This document shows positions 11,991 through 25,380 of a DNA stretch of 60,000 nt, piece after piece. This DNA is from Squalus acanthias (lineage: Eukaryota): positions 17,362,001 through 17,422,000 of the forward strand of contig CM059432.1 in assembly GCA_030390025.1 (NCBI GenBank), given 5' to 3'. Position 1 is the stretch's first letter; each line of letters opens with the position of its first letter. Both the position numbers and the translations under genes were made by a program. The notes under the pieces are model-generated. The model worked only from the letters and a program-made list of their open reading frames with translations. It was not told the DNA's origin and made no database searches.

Positions 11991-12531
11991 GCATAGCATT
12001 GCCCTAGGGATTGGTGCTGGGACCACTACTGTTTCTAATTTACATCAACAGCTTGAACTCAGAAATGCAATGCAAGTTGATCAAATTTGCAGATGATACC
12101 AATCTATAGGGACAGGATAAATAGAACAGGCAGCCCAGTTAGACAAGATATGTAAGTGGGTGGAACAATAGCAAATAAAATTTAATGCAGACATGTAAAG
12201 TACTGCACAAAATGTTACACTTGGTTGCAGGTGAAAAATAATCTTTCAAAGAAAACCAGACATTTCCAATCCACAGAAAAAGTTCCCAGCAACAAAAAAT
12301 AGCTTCTAATTGGCTTCAAGGATCACACTATTTTACAGGAAGTCAGTTTCTAATTGATATGAACCTTAACTAAGGGCAATCAGCCTCTAATTGACTTCAA
12401 GAAAGCACATCAATTATTCCTTGCGCCCTTAAAGAGACACACAAGGTACACACAACAACACATTAGCAGCAGAATAATGCATTATTGTGTGTTCGATGTC
12501 ATAATGCTGCTATCCTTATAAGATAGGAAAT

Positions 12532-13260
12532 CAAAAATAAAAACAGAAAATGCTGGAAATTCTCAGCAGGTCAAGCAGCATCTGTGGAGAGAGAAACAGA
12601 GTTAGCGTTTCAGGTCGATGACCTTTCGTCAGAACTGGAAAAAGTTAGAGATGTAACAGGTTTTAAGCAATTACAGAGGCAGGGAAATGGGGGAGAGGAG
12701 GAAAGAGCAATAGGGAAGGTCTGTGATCGGGTGGAAGGCAGGAGAGATTAAATGACGAAAGGCATGATGGTGCAAGGCAAAAGGAGATGGTAATAGGACA
12801 AGTAAAGAAACAAAAGATGGGTCTAGAGGAGGTGTAAATGGCAATGGTAGAATCATCAACAGCTGCCGTCTGAAAAATAGGGGCCGAGGTTATGGTCTGA
12901 AATTGTTGAACTCAATGTTGAGTCCGGAAGGCTGTAAAGTGCCTAATCGAACGATGAGGTGCTGTTCCTCGAGCTTACGTTGAGCTTCATTGGAACAGTG
13001 TAGGAGGCCGAGGATAGAGAGGTCAGAGTGGGAGTGGAGCGGAGAATTAAAGTGACAGGCAACCGGAAGCTCGGGGTCATGCTTACGGACTGAACGGAGG
13101 TGTTCTGCAAAGCGATCACCCAATCTGCGTTTTGGTCCCCCTAATGTAGAGGAAACCGCATCATGAGCAGCGAATACAGTATACAAAATTGCAACAAGTA
13201 CAAGTAAATCGCTGTTTCACCTGGAAGGAGAGTTTGGGGCGCTGGACGGCGGGAAGGGAT
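12532..13260 (-). mobile_element. Penelope-like element (family 1) 3' part: GIY-YIG end plus pLTR with a degenerate hammerhead at 12600-12636
   Basis: KRRLGDRFAEHL..VACHFN..RKLEEQHLI..LQPSGLNIEF; homologous to 38213-39342 and 55839-57436. Confidence 0.9.
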
Positions 13261-13889
13261 GACAAGAAATTATCTGGCTTGCTGTCTGTATTGCCAAAGG
13301 AGATTGACTAGTTTTATTCGAAGATTTTGCACAGCACAAAGAATATTTCCAAAGAATTAAACTTTGTGCCTCACCCTCCCAGCAAAATGTAACTGAGCGC
13401 ATCAATAAAAAAATTAATTGTCTCAGTTAGTAGATGCATTGCCTGGTATGAAAAAGAGCCATAAAAAGCAGGAAGCTCCCAGATTTGATCTCCAAGCTAC
13501 CCTGATTTGTCTGATCTCAACCAGGGCAGAGGTAAGATACTTACAATTAGCCTCACTGCCAGGGCTAGGGAGGTAAAAAAAAATCAGCCAGGGATCTCAT
13601 GCCTCATCCCAATGGAAGGTACAAGTGAGATCGACTGGTTAAGGACAGGATTGGCTGCATTGTGATAGATAGCCTGCTAATGCCCAATGTCTAGACTCAT
13701 ACGTAAAGAATAGTCACTTGGGTGAGATACTAGAAAACAACCAGGGTTTGTAGAAACATACTCCACCATAACTCTTCAGGAGAGAAAGGAAGAAAATTGA
13801 CGGGGGTGGTGGGGTGTGGGGGGGGGGGGGCGCGAGGAAAGAACTTCATTGAAAGTATCTCACAACAAACCAAATTGTTCCTTGTGCTC

Positions 13890-14440
13890 TATTGGAGTAC
13901 TGTGCACAGTTTTGGTCTCCTTATCTAAGGAAGGATATACTTGCCTTAGGGGCGGTGCAACGAAGGTTCACTAGATTGATTCTTGAGATGAGAGGGTTGT
14001 CCTATGAGGAGAGATTGGGCCTATACTCTCTGGAGTTTCGAAGAATGAGAGGTGATCTCATTGAAACATATAGGATTCTGAGGGGGATTGACAGGATAGA
14101 TGCTGAGAGATTGTTTCCCCTGGCTGGAGAGTCTAGAACTAGGGGGCATAGTTTCAGGATAAGGGGTCGGCCTTTTAAGACTGAGATGAGGAAGAATTTC
14201 TTCACTCAGAGGGTTGTGAATCTTTTGGAATTCTCTGCCCCAAAGAGCTGTGGATGCTCAGTTGTTGAGTATATTCAAGGCTGAGATAGATAGATTTTTG
14301 GACTCTAGGGGAATCAAGGGATATGGAGATAGGGCAGGAAAGTGGAGTTGAGGTCAAAAATCAGCCATGATCTTGTTGAATGGCGGAGCAGGCTCGAGGG
14401 CCTGTATGGCCTACTCCTGCTCCTAATTCTTATGTTCTTA
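13890..14440 (+). mobile_element. CR1 3' fragment
   Basis: EYCAQFWSP..RGDLIETY..FFTQRVV plus CR1 tail. Confidence 0.9.
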
Positions 14441-15739
14441 CCAATAATGTATAGCTCTAAAAGGCAGGACTTATCCAAAGCAAATGTTTGATTAAAACAG
14501 TGCTTCTGAACACAGAATTCAATAAGTATAATAAGTTTCACTTAAGTAACAGAAAATATGTAAAAAAACAAGGAATAATTATTTAACATAATTCGAAGCA
14601 CCTGTTTTAGGTCTCTAATCCATTTATAATCACAAACTAGGCATCTTGGAGTCTTTTCAAAGGAAAACGTAAGCATGGATAAATCTCAAATCATCGACTG
14701 TTTTAAGTAGCATTTCTAATTTCCCTTTTCATTAAAAATGCATTAGCATTTCTTTTGCCCACTGAACTGTACTGTGCCTGAATAAAGTAATTAAAGTAAA
14801 GCAGTTTGGAACTAAAGTTCATAATGTGTCCTTCTGAATGACATAACATTATTAGATGACCCTCAAAGGCAGCGTGTTCTCTACAAACATGGTGCACAAA
14901 TTGTTGGTATTATGGCGTTCATTTATGTTTAGAATCTTTCTTGTTCTATTTAGTTCCATTCAGTTGAATCTGGTTTAAAGTGGGCTTGAACTGATGGTCA
15001 GTTTCACACTTCTCAAGCAGCTAATGACCTGTTTAATCAACATTTCTTGGAAACTGGGTCTAAATACCAGACTTGGAGTGAAGATATCAGAATACTCAAT
15101 CAATGGCTAAATGCATTATTGAGAAACCACAGTTTTTTCCACCATGGCCTGATCATTTGGGTCCAGAGTGTGACTCACTAATCAAGTCTGGTGCCAAGCT
15201 CCCTGAACACAGACTGATTAGCATGTCAATGGAAACCCAAAGGTCTTGGAAGGCAATCAGTTAAAAAAAAATACCATGCGTGAGTAGCTACCAAAGTTAT
15301 GTGAAAATGGAAAAACAAGTGCTGCAAGCTTTAAAGTGGACTGTAAGCGCATATTTGAATGCAACAGCTTAAGGCGTTCCAAACTAAAGCATAGTTCTAT
15401 ACACACACAAGTATGTGTTAATGAAGGTGGAGGTTTGTCTAAAAATAATTCTCATCATATTAGCATATTGAATACCATGACAGATACAAGAAAGACAATG
15501 AAGCATAACATACGTCTTGCTGAACTCACCCTGCCATAATATCTGCTCAAGTCACTTTTCTAGAAAACAATATTTTTTAATACAAGGGCTCAGAAGAAGT
15601 GATTAGGTCCACAGGAGATTGAAGATGCAATGTTAACCTTTATCAACATGATGTCAGTCAAAGGTCTACCTCCTGATGATTTGGCAGCGAGATACACATT
15701 AGCTGGTTCATGCCATTTTTTTTTACTATCTTCTCCTGA

Positions 15740-16098
15740 GTTGTGAGGGGTCGAGACAGAGTAGGTAGAGAGAAACTGTTCCCATTGGCGGAAGGGTCGA
15801 GAACCAGAGGACACAGATTTAAGGTGATTGGCAAAAGAACCAAAGGCGACATGAGGAAAAACTTTTTTACGCGGCGAGTGGTTAGGATCTGGAATGCAGT
15901 GACTGACGGTGGTGGATGCAGACTCAATCGTGGCTTTCAAAAGGGAATTTGATAAGTACCTGAAGGAAAAAAAATTGCAGGGCTACGGGGAAAGGGTGGG
16001 GGAGTGGGACTAGTTGAGGTGCTCTTGCAGAGAGCCAGCACGGGCTCGATGGGCCGAATAGCCTCCTTCTGTGCTGTAACCATTCTATGATTCTATGA
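15740..16098 (+). mobile_element. CR1 3' fragment
   Basis: EKLFPLAEGSRTRGH..KNFFTRRVV and an ATTCTATG tail. Confidence 0.85.
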
Positions 16099-17167
16099 GT
16101 TACAGAACAGATAATATCAATATGCCTATGCTGTCACATGTGTACAACAGTTTTGCAGCTGATTACATTCAAAGATAATACCAAGTTGGAGAAAAGTGCT
16201 CATGCAGTTATAAATACATACGTTTCTCTTCACAGATAATGATGCAAACTTAATTGTCTGCAGTGGGAGTCAGAGCATCAGTATACTTTAGAGCACTCAT
16301 AATTACCACTTCCACTAGTTCTAGCTCATTTCAACATTCACAGTGAGTGAGAGATAAGAGGAAGCTTAACTCAATGGTGAAGAAGAGGCCGAAGAGGTTG
16401 GGGCTGCGGACTGGCCAGCTAGTACAGGGTCCATCATGTTGGCTGCCGCTGCTCCCCCTACTTGAGGTGGAATATTTCCTGCTGAATTTGGTAAGCGTAC
16501 TAGGAAAAACCATTTTGCCGGTAACACTCAGGGTCCACATGCACTCAGATACCAATAGGCACTTAGACACCAGATGCACACTTTAACACCACATACACAG
16601 AAAATGCATCACTTTCAGTATAAGTTCCATTTATTTTTTAATGAGAAGAAAAGTGACTGGACTATTGAAAAAAAAAATGCAGCTCTTAAAGAAGATGTAA
16701 AAAGGACTTATTTCTTCAGATGCACATAGCAAAATAACCATTCATTTCAATCATTTGCAGGCCCCTTCGGAAAGTAATGTCTGTGCTTCAGCTCACTCAC
16801 AGCCTGCAGTGTTTACATACTTCTCCTTCTCTTCTTTGTGCCTTTATGCAATTCCATTACAGTAATTCTCTTGATCATAATGTTGTGCAACATTTAAGAC
16901 ACTGTCACAATTCTGCCCACTTTCAGGGGAGAATATGGTCTAAGCCCAAACTCAAACACTCAACCCAACTCTAACCTTCACTCTCAGTCCAACCCATACC
17001 CCCCACTTTAAACCTAAAACCAAGTTACAGCAACCTTAACCTGGGAAGGTTTTGTGACAAGAAGAACAGCATTAAGCACCAGTGAGACCAGCACCAAGGA
17101 CACCAGAAGAAACAGCGAGGCGGGAGGATGCAACAATATGACGGCCAAGAGCAGCAACAAAGTCAAT

Positions 17168-17850
17168 GGGCTGGATTTTGATACTGGGGCGGGTTGGGGT
17201 CGTGTCATCCACTTTTTGTGTTATCCACCCGACTGCAATTGGATGTGGGAGATTGATGCAATTTTCACCTAATTGGGCAATTGAGTTCCAGCAAGTGGGA
17301 ACCCATGACCCAATTAGTGTTTTCAGTCTGAAAGTCGCCTCTGATGATGTCATCATTGCTGCTGCATTGAAGGTCTTCAGAGACTGCCTGGCCTTTGCCG
17401 TGAGAGGACCTGGATGCAAAATGAGCAGCAGCAGCCCTAAGTCTGCTCCCAGATATTTTTACACCACTGCTCCCAGATATTTTACTTCACCACTCCCAGA
17501 TATGTCTCCTCCACATAGCTATCCATATATGCATCCCCATAGCCAGCCAGCCAGGCGGCCGTGCTCCCACAGGTTTCACATTCGTGGTTCACAACAGGCG
17601 TGCTTCACGTAGAAAAAGGGTTAAAATCACAAAGGCCTTTCAAAATGGCATTATAGAGGCAATTTAGTGCTTGTTAACAGCCTATCCTGCCTCTTAGAGG
17701 CGGGACGGAGTCAGGACCAGCAGACGCGATTTAATGAAAATTGCGTGGAGGCGGGATGAAGGCGGGCTTGTGCCCGCCCGCCAGTTTTCGCAATTTTAAC
17801 CCCCCACACGCCTCCAAACCCACCTCCACAGGTCAATGAAAATCCAGCCC
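17168..17850. mobile_element. Non-autonomous PIF/Harbinger element
   Basis: Perfect 12-bp TIR GGGCTGGATTTT / AAAATCCAGCCC with 3-bp TSD AAT. Confidence 0.85.
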
Positions 17851-18463
17851 AATCAGTCAATAAGCTGAAATTTGCTAAGAGGTTCAGTAACCTGCGCTAG
17901 TATAAGGTGATCTAAAGAATCAGTGGTAGAATCTCTCTCTCTCAGTCACAATTTTAATGAATTTGATGGGGTCTCTTGTTCCCTGCTTTCCTCTGTTCTC
18001 ATCATTCATCCCTATCCTCACCAACCTTGCTATCCCACAACAGCAGTGTCCTGTGTAGGCTATCCTCTGAATTGCAGTCCCACGCTAAACGGTCCTCTGC
18101 AATTATTTACACAATCCCTAGGATCCCCCTGTCCTAAATGCTAACATTGCAGAAAACATTTATTAGATTACATTACAACAGGGATTACACTTAAAAAGTA
18201 CTTCATTGGCTGTGACGCACTTTGGAATGTCCTGAGGTCGTGAAAGGCACTGTTTAAATGCAAGTTTTTTCATCTTTGTTTCATATATCATCATCCTTGT
18301 TTATAAATCTCTCAATGGCTTAATTTCACCCAACATTTGCAAACCTCTCCACCTCCTCATATCTGTTAACACCTTCAAAGGCCACCTCAGAACTTAACTT
18401 TCAACTATGGTCACCTTGCCTAACCTTTCTTGTGAAGCTCCTTGGCATGTTTTGCTATGTTAA

Positions 18464-19155
18464 AGAAAGAAAGACTTGCATTTCACAACTTTAGGACATC
18501 CCAAAGCGCTTTACAGCCAATTAAGTAATTGTGAAGTGCAGCCACTGTTGTAATGTAGGAAACACAGCAGCCAATTTGCACACAGCAAGATCCCGCAAAC
18601 AGCAATGTGATAATGACCAGATAAGCTGTAATAGTGATGTTGGTTGAGGGATAAATATTGGCCAGGATAACGCCACTGCTCTTCTTTGAAATAGCACCAT
18701 GAGATCTTTTACATCCACCTGAGAGGGCAGACAGGGCCTTGGTTTAATGCAAAAGCAAAATACTGCTGGAAATCTGAAATAAAAACAGAAAATGCTGGGA
18801 ATACTCAGCAGGCCAGGCAGCATCTGTGGAGAGAGAAACAGAGTTAACGTTTCAGGTCGATGGCCTTTCGTCAGAACTGGAAAAAGTTAGAAATGTAACA
18901 GGTTTTAAGCAAGTACAGAGGCAGGGAAAGGGGGGAGAAAGGAAAGATCTGTGATAGAGTGGAAGGCAGGAGAGATTAAATGACCTTGGTTTAATGTCTC
19001 ATCAGAAAGACGGCAACTCCGACAGTGCAGCACTCCCTCAGTAATGCTCTGGAGTGTCAGCCTAGATTATGTGCACAAGTCTCTGGATTGGGGCTTGAAC
19101 CCACAACCTTCTAACTCAGAGGCGAGAGTGCTACCACAGAGCCAAGGCTGACACT
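18464..19155 (-). mobile_element. Deu-domain tRNA SINE interrupted by a Penelope pLTR
   Basis: Same family as 6281-6713, split at 18749/18984. Confidence 0.8.
18750..18983 (-). mobile_element. Penelope family-1 pLTR fragment with hammerhead at 18842-18878
   Basis: 13-bp TSD CCTTGGTTTAATG (18737-18749, 18984-18996); homologous to 12532-12755. Confidence 0.85.
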
Positions 19156-19970
19156 AAAGGTGTTAAAAGTGCTGTATAACTGGTCTTATGAAATTAGGCA
19201 AATGTGCCACCTTAACTACTTGAATACAGCACTCAGCCTTTATTTATGAGTTCAACCTAGTTTTCACTGCTGGTAACATAGCAAAGATGTTATGCCCAAT
19301 GAACCAGAACTTACAGTCACGCCACAGAATTTGTAAACATCAAGAACGATGGGACACATGCAACAGCGAGTATCCCGTTACGGCAGGGCGTTATTTTTTA
19401 AGAAAGGTTACTAAAATAACCCATATAGCTAGGGATAAAAGAGTGGAAATATGACTCATTAAGTTAAACAGTTGCTAATCTGAAAGTAGTGCACAATGAG
19501 CACTGCAACAATCTAGCAAGAGTGGAAATATTCCTCTCCCACTGAATCCTTCCAGCTGCTGAAAGAAGGATGGGCAAAAGCCAAATATAACGAACAGATA
19601 AAATGTGCTAGCCCTAAAAAGTAAACTTCTTCAGGTTTTTTTTTGTTTTATGGCCAATGTGTAGTGAAGCATCTGATTGCCCTTCTGTTTCTTGCTGAAT
19701 GGCTGCATGAAGGTCATTGAGACATCATTCCAGCCTAATCATGACCTGTTTTCAATGAGGCCACTGTATGTCTCTCAGATAACTATGCGTACTCTTGATC
19801 TTCCCTAAAAGCAACCAGATCCAGAAATAGTATGTTATCAGGACTTGTCAGATGGAGGAAAGAAGTGTAAATGAAGTACATAATCATTTTGCAGTCGAGG
19901 GTGTGTATTTACTGAAGCAAGTTCTGAGTAATGTCTGTGCTAGTGTGTGAACTGGTTTCAATGTTACTAT

Positions 19971-20060
19971 TGTGAGAAGTCACACAACACCAGGTTATAG
20001 TCCAACAGCTTTATTTGAAATCACAAGCTTTCAGAGCGCTGCTCCTTCGACAGGTGAAGT
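19971..20060 (-). mobile_element. Penelope family-2 pLTR fragment with a mutated hammerhead core (CTGTCGA)
   Basis: Homologous to 42416-42500. Confidence 0.75.
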
Positions 20061-20068
20061 CTTCTAGC

Positions 20069-21685
20069 CCAGCGTTATTGCGCCATTCCCCATCCAGCGT
20101 CATTGCGTCATTCCCCATCCAGCATCATTGCGTCATTCCCCATCCAGCATCATTGCGTCATTCCCCATCCAGCATCATTGCGTCATTCTCCATCCAGCGT
20201 TATTGCGTCATTCCCCATCCAACGTCATTGCGTCATTCCCCATCCAGCATCATTGCGTCATTCCCCATCCAGCATCATTGCACCATTCCCCATCCAGCAT
20301 CATTGCGTCATTCCTCATCCAACGTCATTGCGTCATTCCCCATCCAACGTCATTGCGCCATTCCCCATCCAACGTCATTGCGTCATTCCCCATCCAACGT
20401 CATTGCGTCATTCCCCATCCAACGTCATTGCGCCATTCCCCATCCAGCATCATTGCGCCATTCCCCATCCAACGTCATTGCAGCATTCCCCATCCAACGT
20501 CATTGCGCCATTCCCCATCCAACGTCATTGCACCATTCCCCATCCAGCATCATTGCGTCATTCCCCATCCAACGTCATTGCGTCATTCCCCATCCAGCAT
20601 CATTGCGTCATTCCCCATCCAACGTCATTGCGTCATTCCCCATCCAACGTCATTGCGCCATTCCCCATCCAACGTCATTGCGTCATTCCCCATCCAGCAT
20701 CATTGCGTCATTCCCCATCCAGCATCATTGCGTCATTCCCCATCCAGCATCATTGCGTCATTCCCCATCCAACGTCATTGCGTCATTCCCCACCCAGCGT
20801 CATTGCGTCATTCCCCATCCAATGTCATTGCGTCATTCCCCACCCAGCGTCATTGCGCCATTCTCCATCCAACGTCATTGCGTCATTCCCCATCCAGCAT
20901 CATTACGCCATTCCCCATCCAACGTCATTGCGTCATTCCCCATCCAACATCATTGCGTCATTCCCCATCCAACGTCATTGCGTCATTCCCCATCCAACAT
21001 CATTGCGTCATTCCCCATCCAACATCATTGCGTCATTCCCCATCCAGCATCATTGCGCCATTCCCCATCCAACGTCATTGCGTCATTCTCCATCCAACAT
21101 CATTGCATCATTCCCCATCCAATGTCATTGCGCCATTCCCCATCCAGCGTCATTGCGTCATTCTCCATCCAGCATCATTGCGTCATTCTCCATCCAGCAT
21201 CATTGCGTCATTCCCCATCCAACGTCATTGCGTCATTCCCCATCCAACGTCATTGCGTCATTCCCCATCCAGCGTCATTGCACCATTCCCCATCCAACGT
21301 CATTGCGTCATTCTCCATCCAACATCATTGCGTCATTCCCCATCCAACGTCATTGCGCCATTCCCCATCCAGCGTCATTGCGTCATTCTCCATCCAGCAT
21401 CATTGCGTCATTCTCCATCCAGCATCATTGCGTCATTCCCCATCCAGCGTCATTGCGTCATTCCCCATCCAACGTCATTGCGTCATTCCCCATCCAACGT
21501 CATTGTGTCATTCCCCATCCAACGTCATTGCGTCATTCCCCATCCAGCATCATTGCGTCATTCCCCATCCAACGTCATTGCGTCATTCCCCATCCAGCGT
21601 CATTGCATCATTCCCCATCCAGCGTCATTGCGCCATTCCCCATCCAGCATCATTGCGTCATTCCTCATCCAGCGTCATTGCGTCA
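20069..21685. repeat. 25-bp minisatellite, ~65 copies, unit CATTGCGTCATTCCCCATCCARCRT
   Basis: Directly visible tandem array. The three overlapping ORFs are a by-product of the stop-free unit. Confidence 0.97.
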
Positions 21686-22244
21686 CGCCACTTTGATGGA
21701 CAATTGAGTTAGAAAAAACCCCACGAGATTTCGGTGTTTAATCGCGAGATCGCAAGTTAAGCTAAATTTTCATTAAAAATCGTGTGTCTTGCAAGGGTTG
21801 GCATTACTGTATAGGTTGTGAATATCTGAGGTTGCAGCTATTACAATCAGAGGTTGCAGGTATCTCCTACTCCTCTAACACCTTATCTTCCTTTCAGTGC
21901 CTCCGATATCTTTTATCGATTCCGAGCATTGTTGTTTACCTCCTCACCCCAGGCCACACATTGACTTCCTTACCAAAATGTCATCCCTTCTCTTTTCCCT
22001 CAGTCTCTGTGCCAAACAAGTCCTCATTTTCAGTGATTTCAGACATCACCTCAACTCCCTCAGCCCCTCTCTTCTGACTTCACCATCATCCTGTCTTCCC
22101 TTAATCTCGCTCTTCATATAAACTTCCCTACTCATATCTTTGGCCATCCCCTCAGCCATGCCATCTCTTCACAAGGTCTCAACGACTGACAAGACAATCA
22201 TTACCGCTTATCACCCATAACTCCTACATGCCTCTAAACCCACT

Positions 22245-22550
22245 TCTCTTGTTGGAGATGGTCATTGACTGGCACTTGTGTGGTGCAAATGTTACTTGCA
22301 ACTTATCAGCCCAAGCCTGAATGTTGTCCAGGTCTTGCTGCATGCGGCCATGGACTCTTTTATTATCTGAGGAGTTGCGAATGGAACTGAACACTGTGCA
22401 AGCATCAGTGAACATCCCCACATCTTATGATGGAGGGAAGGTCATTGATGAAGCAGCTGAAGATGGGTGGGCCTAGGACACTGCCCTGAGGAACTCCTGC
22501 AGCGATGTCCTGGGGCTGAGATTATCCACAACCACCTTCCTTTGTGCTAG
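22245..22550 (-). mobile_element. LINE RT fragment (CR1-group)
   Basis: MQQDLDNIQAWADKLQVTFAPHKCQ, plus an upstream [10 protein letters not shown] remnant. Confidence 0.75.
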
Positions 22551-22881
22551 TTATTAATCCAGTCACGAAACTAGTTTATTAAGGTTAATCCACTGAAGGA
22601 GCTATATACTCCTATGGTGTATCATGCTGGCAACTGGCCAGAAGTAATCATTTGGCAAGAATAGTTTTCAGCAAATAACTGACTGAATCAGTGAGTCATG
22701 GGATATTTGCATGTTTTCTTTCTTAAGAGACGTGTCACCTGTCACATTACTAACAGCTGCTGACATTGCCAAACTGACCAAACCTGAATCCTTTGGAATC
22801 TGAACAGCATCATGTACTTTATTATCATTGAAGTGCTTATGTCAACAAATCAATTCAGAATTTACTAGGAATGTCTTTACA

Positions 22882-24201
22882 TAGAAACATAGAAACATAG
22901 AAGATAGGAGCAGGAGTAGGCCATTCGGCCCCTCGAGCCTGCTCCGCCATTCAATACGATCATGGCTGATCATCCAAATTCAGTACCCTGTCCCTGCTTT
23001 CTCCCCATATCCCTCGATCCCCTCAGCCTTAAGAAATATATCTAACTCCTTCTTGAATATATTTAATGAATTGGCCTCAACTGCCTTCTGTGGTAGAGAA
23101 TTCCACAGGTTCACCACTCTCTGGGTGAAGAAATTCCTCCTCATCTCAGTCCTAAATGGCTTACCCCTTATCCTTAGACTGTGAGCCCTGGTTCTGGACT
23201 CCCCCGCCATCGGGAACAGTTTCCTGCATCTAGTCTGTCTAGTCCTGTTAGAATTTTATAAGTTTTAATGAGATCCCCTCTCATTCTTCTAAACTCTAGC
23301 GAATATAAGCCTAATCGACCCAATCTCTCTTCATACGTCATTCCTGCCATCCCAGGTATCAGTTTGGTGAATCTTCGCTGCACTCCCTCCACGGCAAGAA
23401 CATCCTTCCTCAGATAAGGCGACCAAAACTGCACACAATACTCAAGGTGTGGTCTCACCAAGGCCTTGTACAACTGCAGCAAGACATCCTTGCTCCTGTA
23501 CTCGAATCCTCTCGCTATGAAGGCCAACATACCATTTGCCTTCTTAACCGCCTGCTGCACCTGCATGCTTACCTTCAGCGACTGGTGCACAAGGACACCC
23601 AGGTCTCGTTGCACTTCCCCTTTTCCCAATCTATTGCCGTTCAGATAATAATCTGCCTTCCTGTTTTTGCCACCAAAGTGGATAACCTCGCATTTATCCA
23701 CATTATACTGCATCTGCCATGCATCTGCCCAATCACCCAACCTGTCCAAATTCTACTGGAGTTTCTCTGCATCCTCCTCACAGCACACACGCCCACCCAG
23801 CTTTGTGTCATCTGCAAACTTGGAGATATTACATCTAGTTCCCTCGTCTAGATCATTAATATATATTGTGAATAACTGGGGTCCTAGCACCGATCCCTGT
23901 GGTACCCCACTAGTCACTGCCTACCACTCGGAAAAAGACTCGTTTATTCCAACTCTTTGCTTCCTATCTGCCAACCAGTTTTCTATCCAAGTCAGTACCT
24001 TACCCCCAATCCCATGTGCTTTAACTTTGCACGCTAATCTCTTATGCAGGAACTTATCGAAAGCCTTCTGAAAGTTCAAATACACCACCTCCACTGGTTC
24101 TCCCTTATCTATTCTACCAGTTACATCCTCAAAAAATTCCAGTAGATTAGTCAAGCATGATTTACCTTTTGTAAATCCATGTTGACTTTGTCCGATCCTG
24201 T
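22882..24201 (-). mobile_element. CR1 LINE, 5'-truncated, flanked by a 220-bp duplication
   Basis: RT ORF pieces 23174-23749 and 23921-24200; TTTCTATG tail at the left end. Confidence 0.95.
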
Positions 24202-24223
24202 TAGTTTTCAGCAAATAGCTGAC

Positions 24224-24563
24224 AGTGGGCAACACGGTGGCAAGTGGGCAACACGGTGGCATAGTGGTTAGCACTGTTGCCTCACAGCGCCAGGGACCCG
24301 GGTTCGAATCCGGCCTCGGGTGACTGTCTGTGTGGAGTTTGCACATTCTCCCCGTGTCTGCGTGGGTTTCCTCCGGGTGCTCCGGTTTCCTCCCACAGTC
24401 CAAAGATGTGCGGGTTAGGTTGATTTGGCTATGATAAATTGACCCTTAAGTGTTAGGGGGATTAAATACGTGGGGTTACGGGGATAGGGTGGGATATGTG
24501 TCAGTGCAGGCTCGATGGGCCGAAATGGCCTCTATCTGCACTGTGGGGATTCTGTGATTCTGT
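24224..24563 (+). mobile_element. V-SINE (HE1-like shark tRNA SINE) with a duplicated 5' 18-mer
   Basis: GGTGGCATAGTGG A box, GGTTCGAATCC B box, V-domain TGTGTGGAGTTTGCAC..GGGTTTCCTCCGGG, GATTCTGT tail. Confidence 0.9.
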
Positions 24564-24740
24564 GAATCAGTGAGTCATGGGATATTTGCATGTTTTCTTT
24601 CTCAAGAGACGTGTCACATTACTAACAGCTGCTGACATTGCCAAACTGACCAAACCTGAATCCTTTGGAATCTGAACAGCATCATTTACTTTATTATCAT
24701 TGAAGTGCTTATGTCAACAAATCAATTAAGAATTTACTAG

Positions 24741-25380
24741 TACGATAGCAAAATACTGCGGATGCTGGAAAATTGAAACAACAACAGAAAACGCTGGAAA
24801 AACTCAGCAGGCCAGGCAACATCCGTGGAGAGAGAAACAGAGTTAACGTTTCAGCTCGAAACCCTTCGTCAGAACTGAGAGAAAAAAGCAGAAAATGAAA
24901 CAGATAAAAAAGCTGGGGGGAGGAATAAAAGAACAAAAGGGCTGCTCCGACGATGCCAACTTCCATACCAGCGCTTCCAACATGTCTTCCTTTTTCCTCA
25001 ACCGAGGATTCCCCTCTACCATGGTCGACACCCTTTTGGTTTGTGCCTTTTCCCTTTTTTTCTCTCTCCCCCACGGCAGCTGTCTTTCATTCTGCCAGCA
25101 TTTCACACTTCATACTTCTAGCCACCTTTTGTTTCTTAACCTGTCCCATTACCATCTCGTCTTGCCTTGAGCATCTCTTAATGTCTCTACTTACCATAGA
25201 CCACCCCTTTTGTTCTTTTATTCCTCCCCCCAGCCTCCCCCTTGCTTTTTTATCTGTTTCATTTCCTGCTTTTTTCTCAGTTCTGACGAAGGGTTTCGAC
25301 CTGAAACGTTAACTCTGTTTCTCTCTCCACGGATGTTGCCTGGCCTGCTGAGTTTTTCCAGCGTTTTCTGTTGTTGTTTT
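24741..25380 (+). mobile_element. Short internally deleted Penelope family-1 element with inverted pLTR arms
   Basis: ~170-bp arms (24773-24942 vs 25205-25379), TSD AAGAATTTACTAG, hammerheads at 24841-24876 (-) and 25279-25314 (+). Confidence 0.9.

Noticed and set aside
20069..21685. CRISPR-like array
   Set aside because: Head-to-tail repeats with no unique spacers, no cas genes, and a vertebrate context.
20015..21712. Three 520-565 aa His/Pro/Ser-rich ORFs
   Set aside because: They arise because the 25-bp unit has no plus-strand stop codon. All frames cycle through the same peptide and none has a credible start.
24248..24320. tRNA genes here and at ~42855, ~4450-4525 and ~6640-6710
   Set aside because: A/B boxes run into SINE or LINE bodies; these are tRNA-derived heads, not complete cloverleaf genes.
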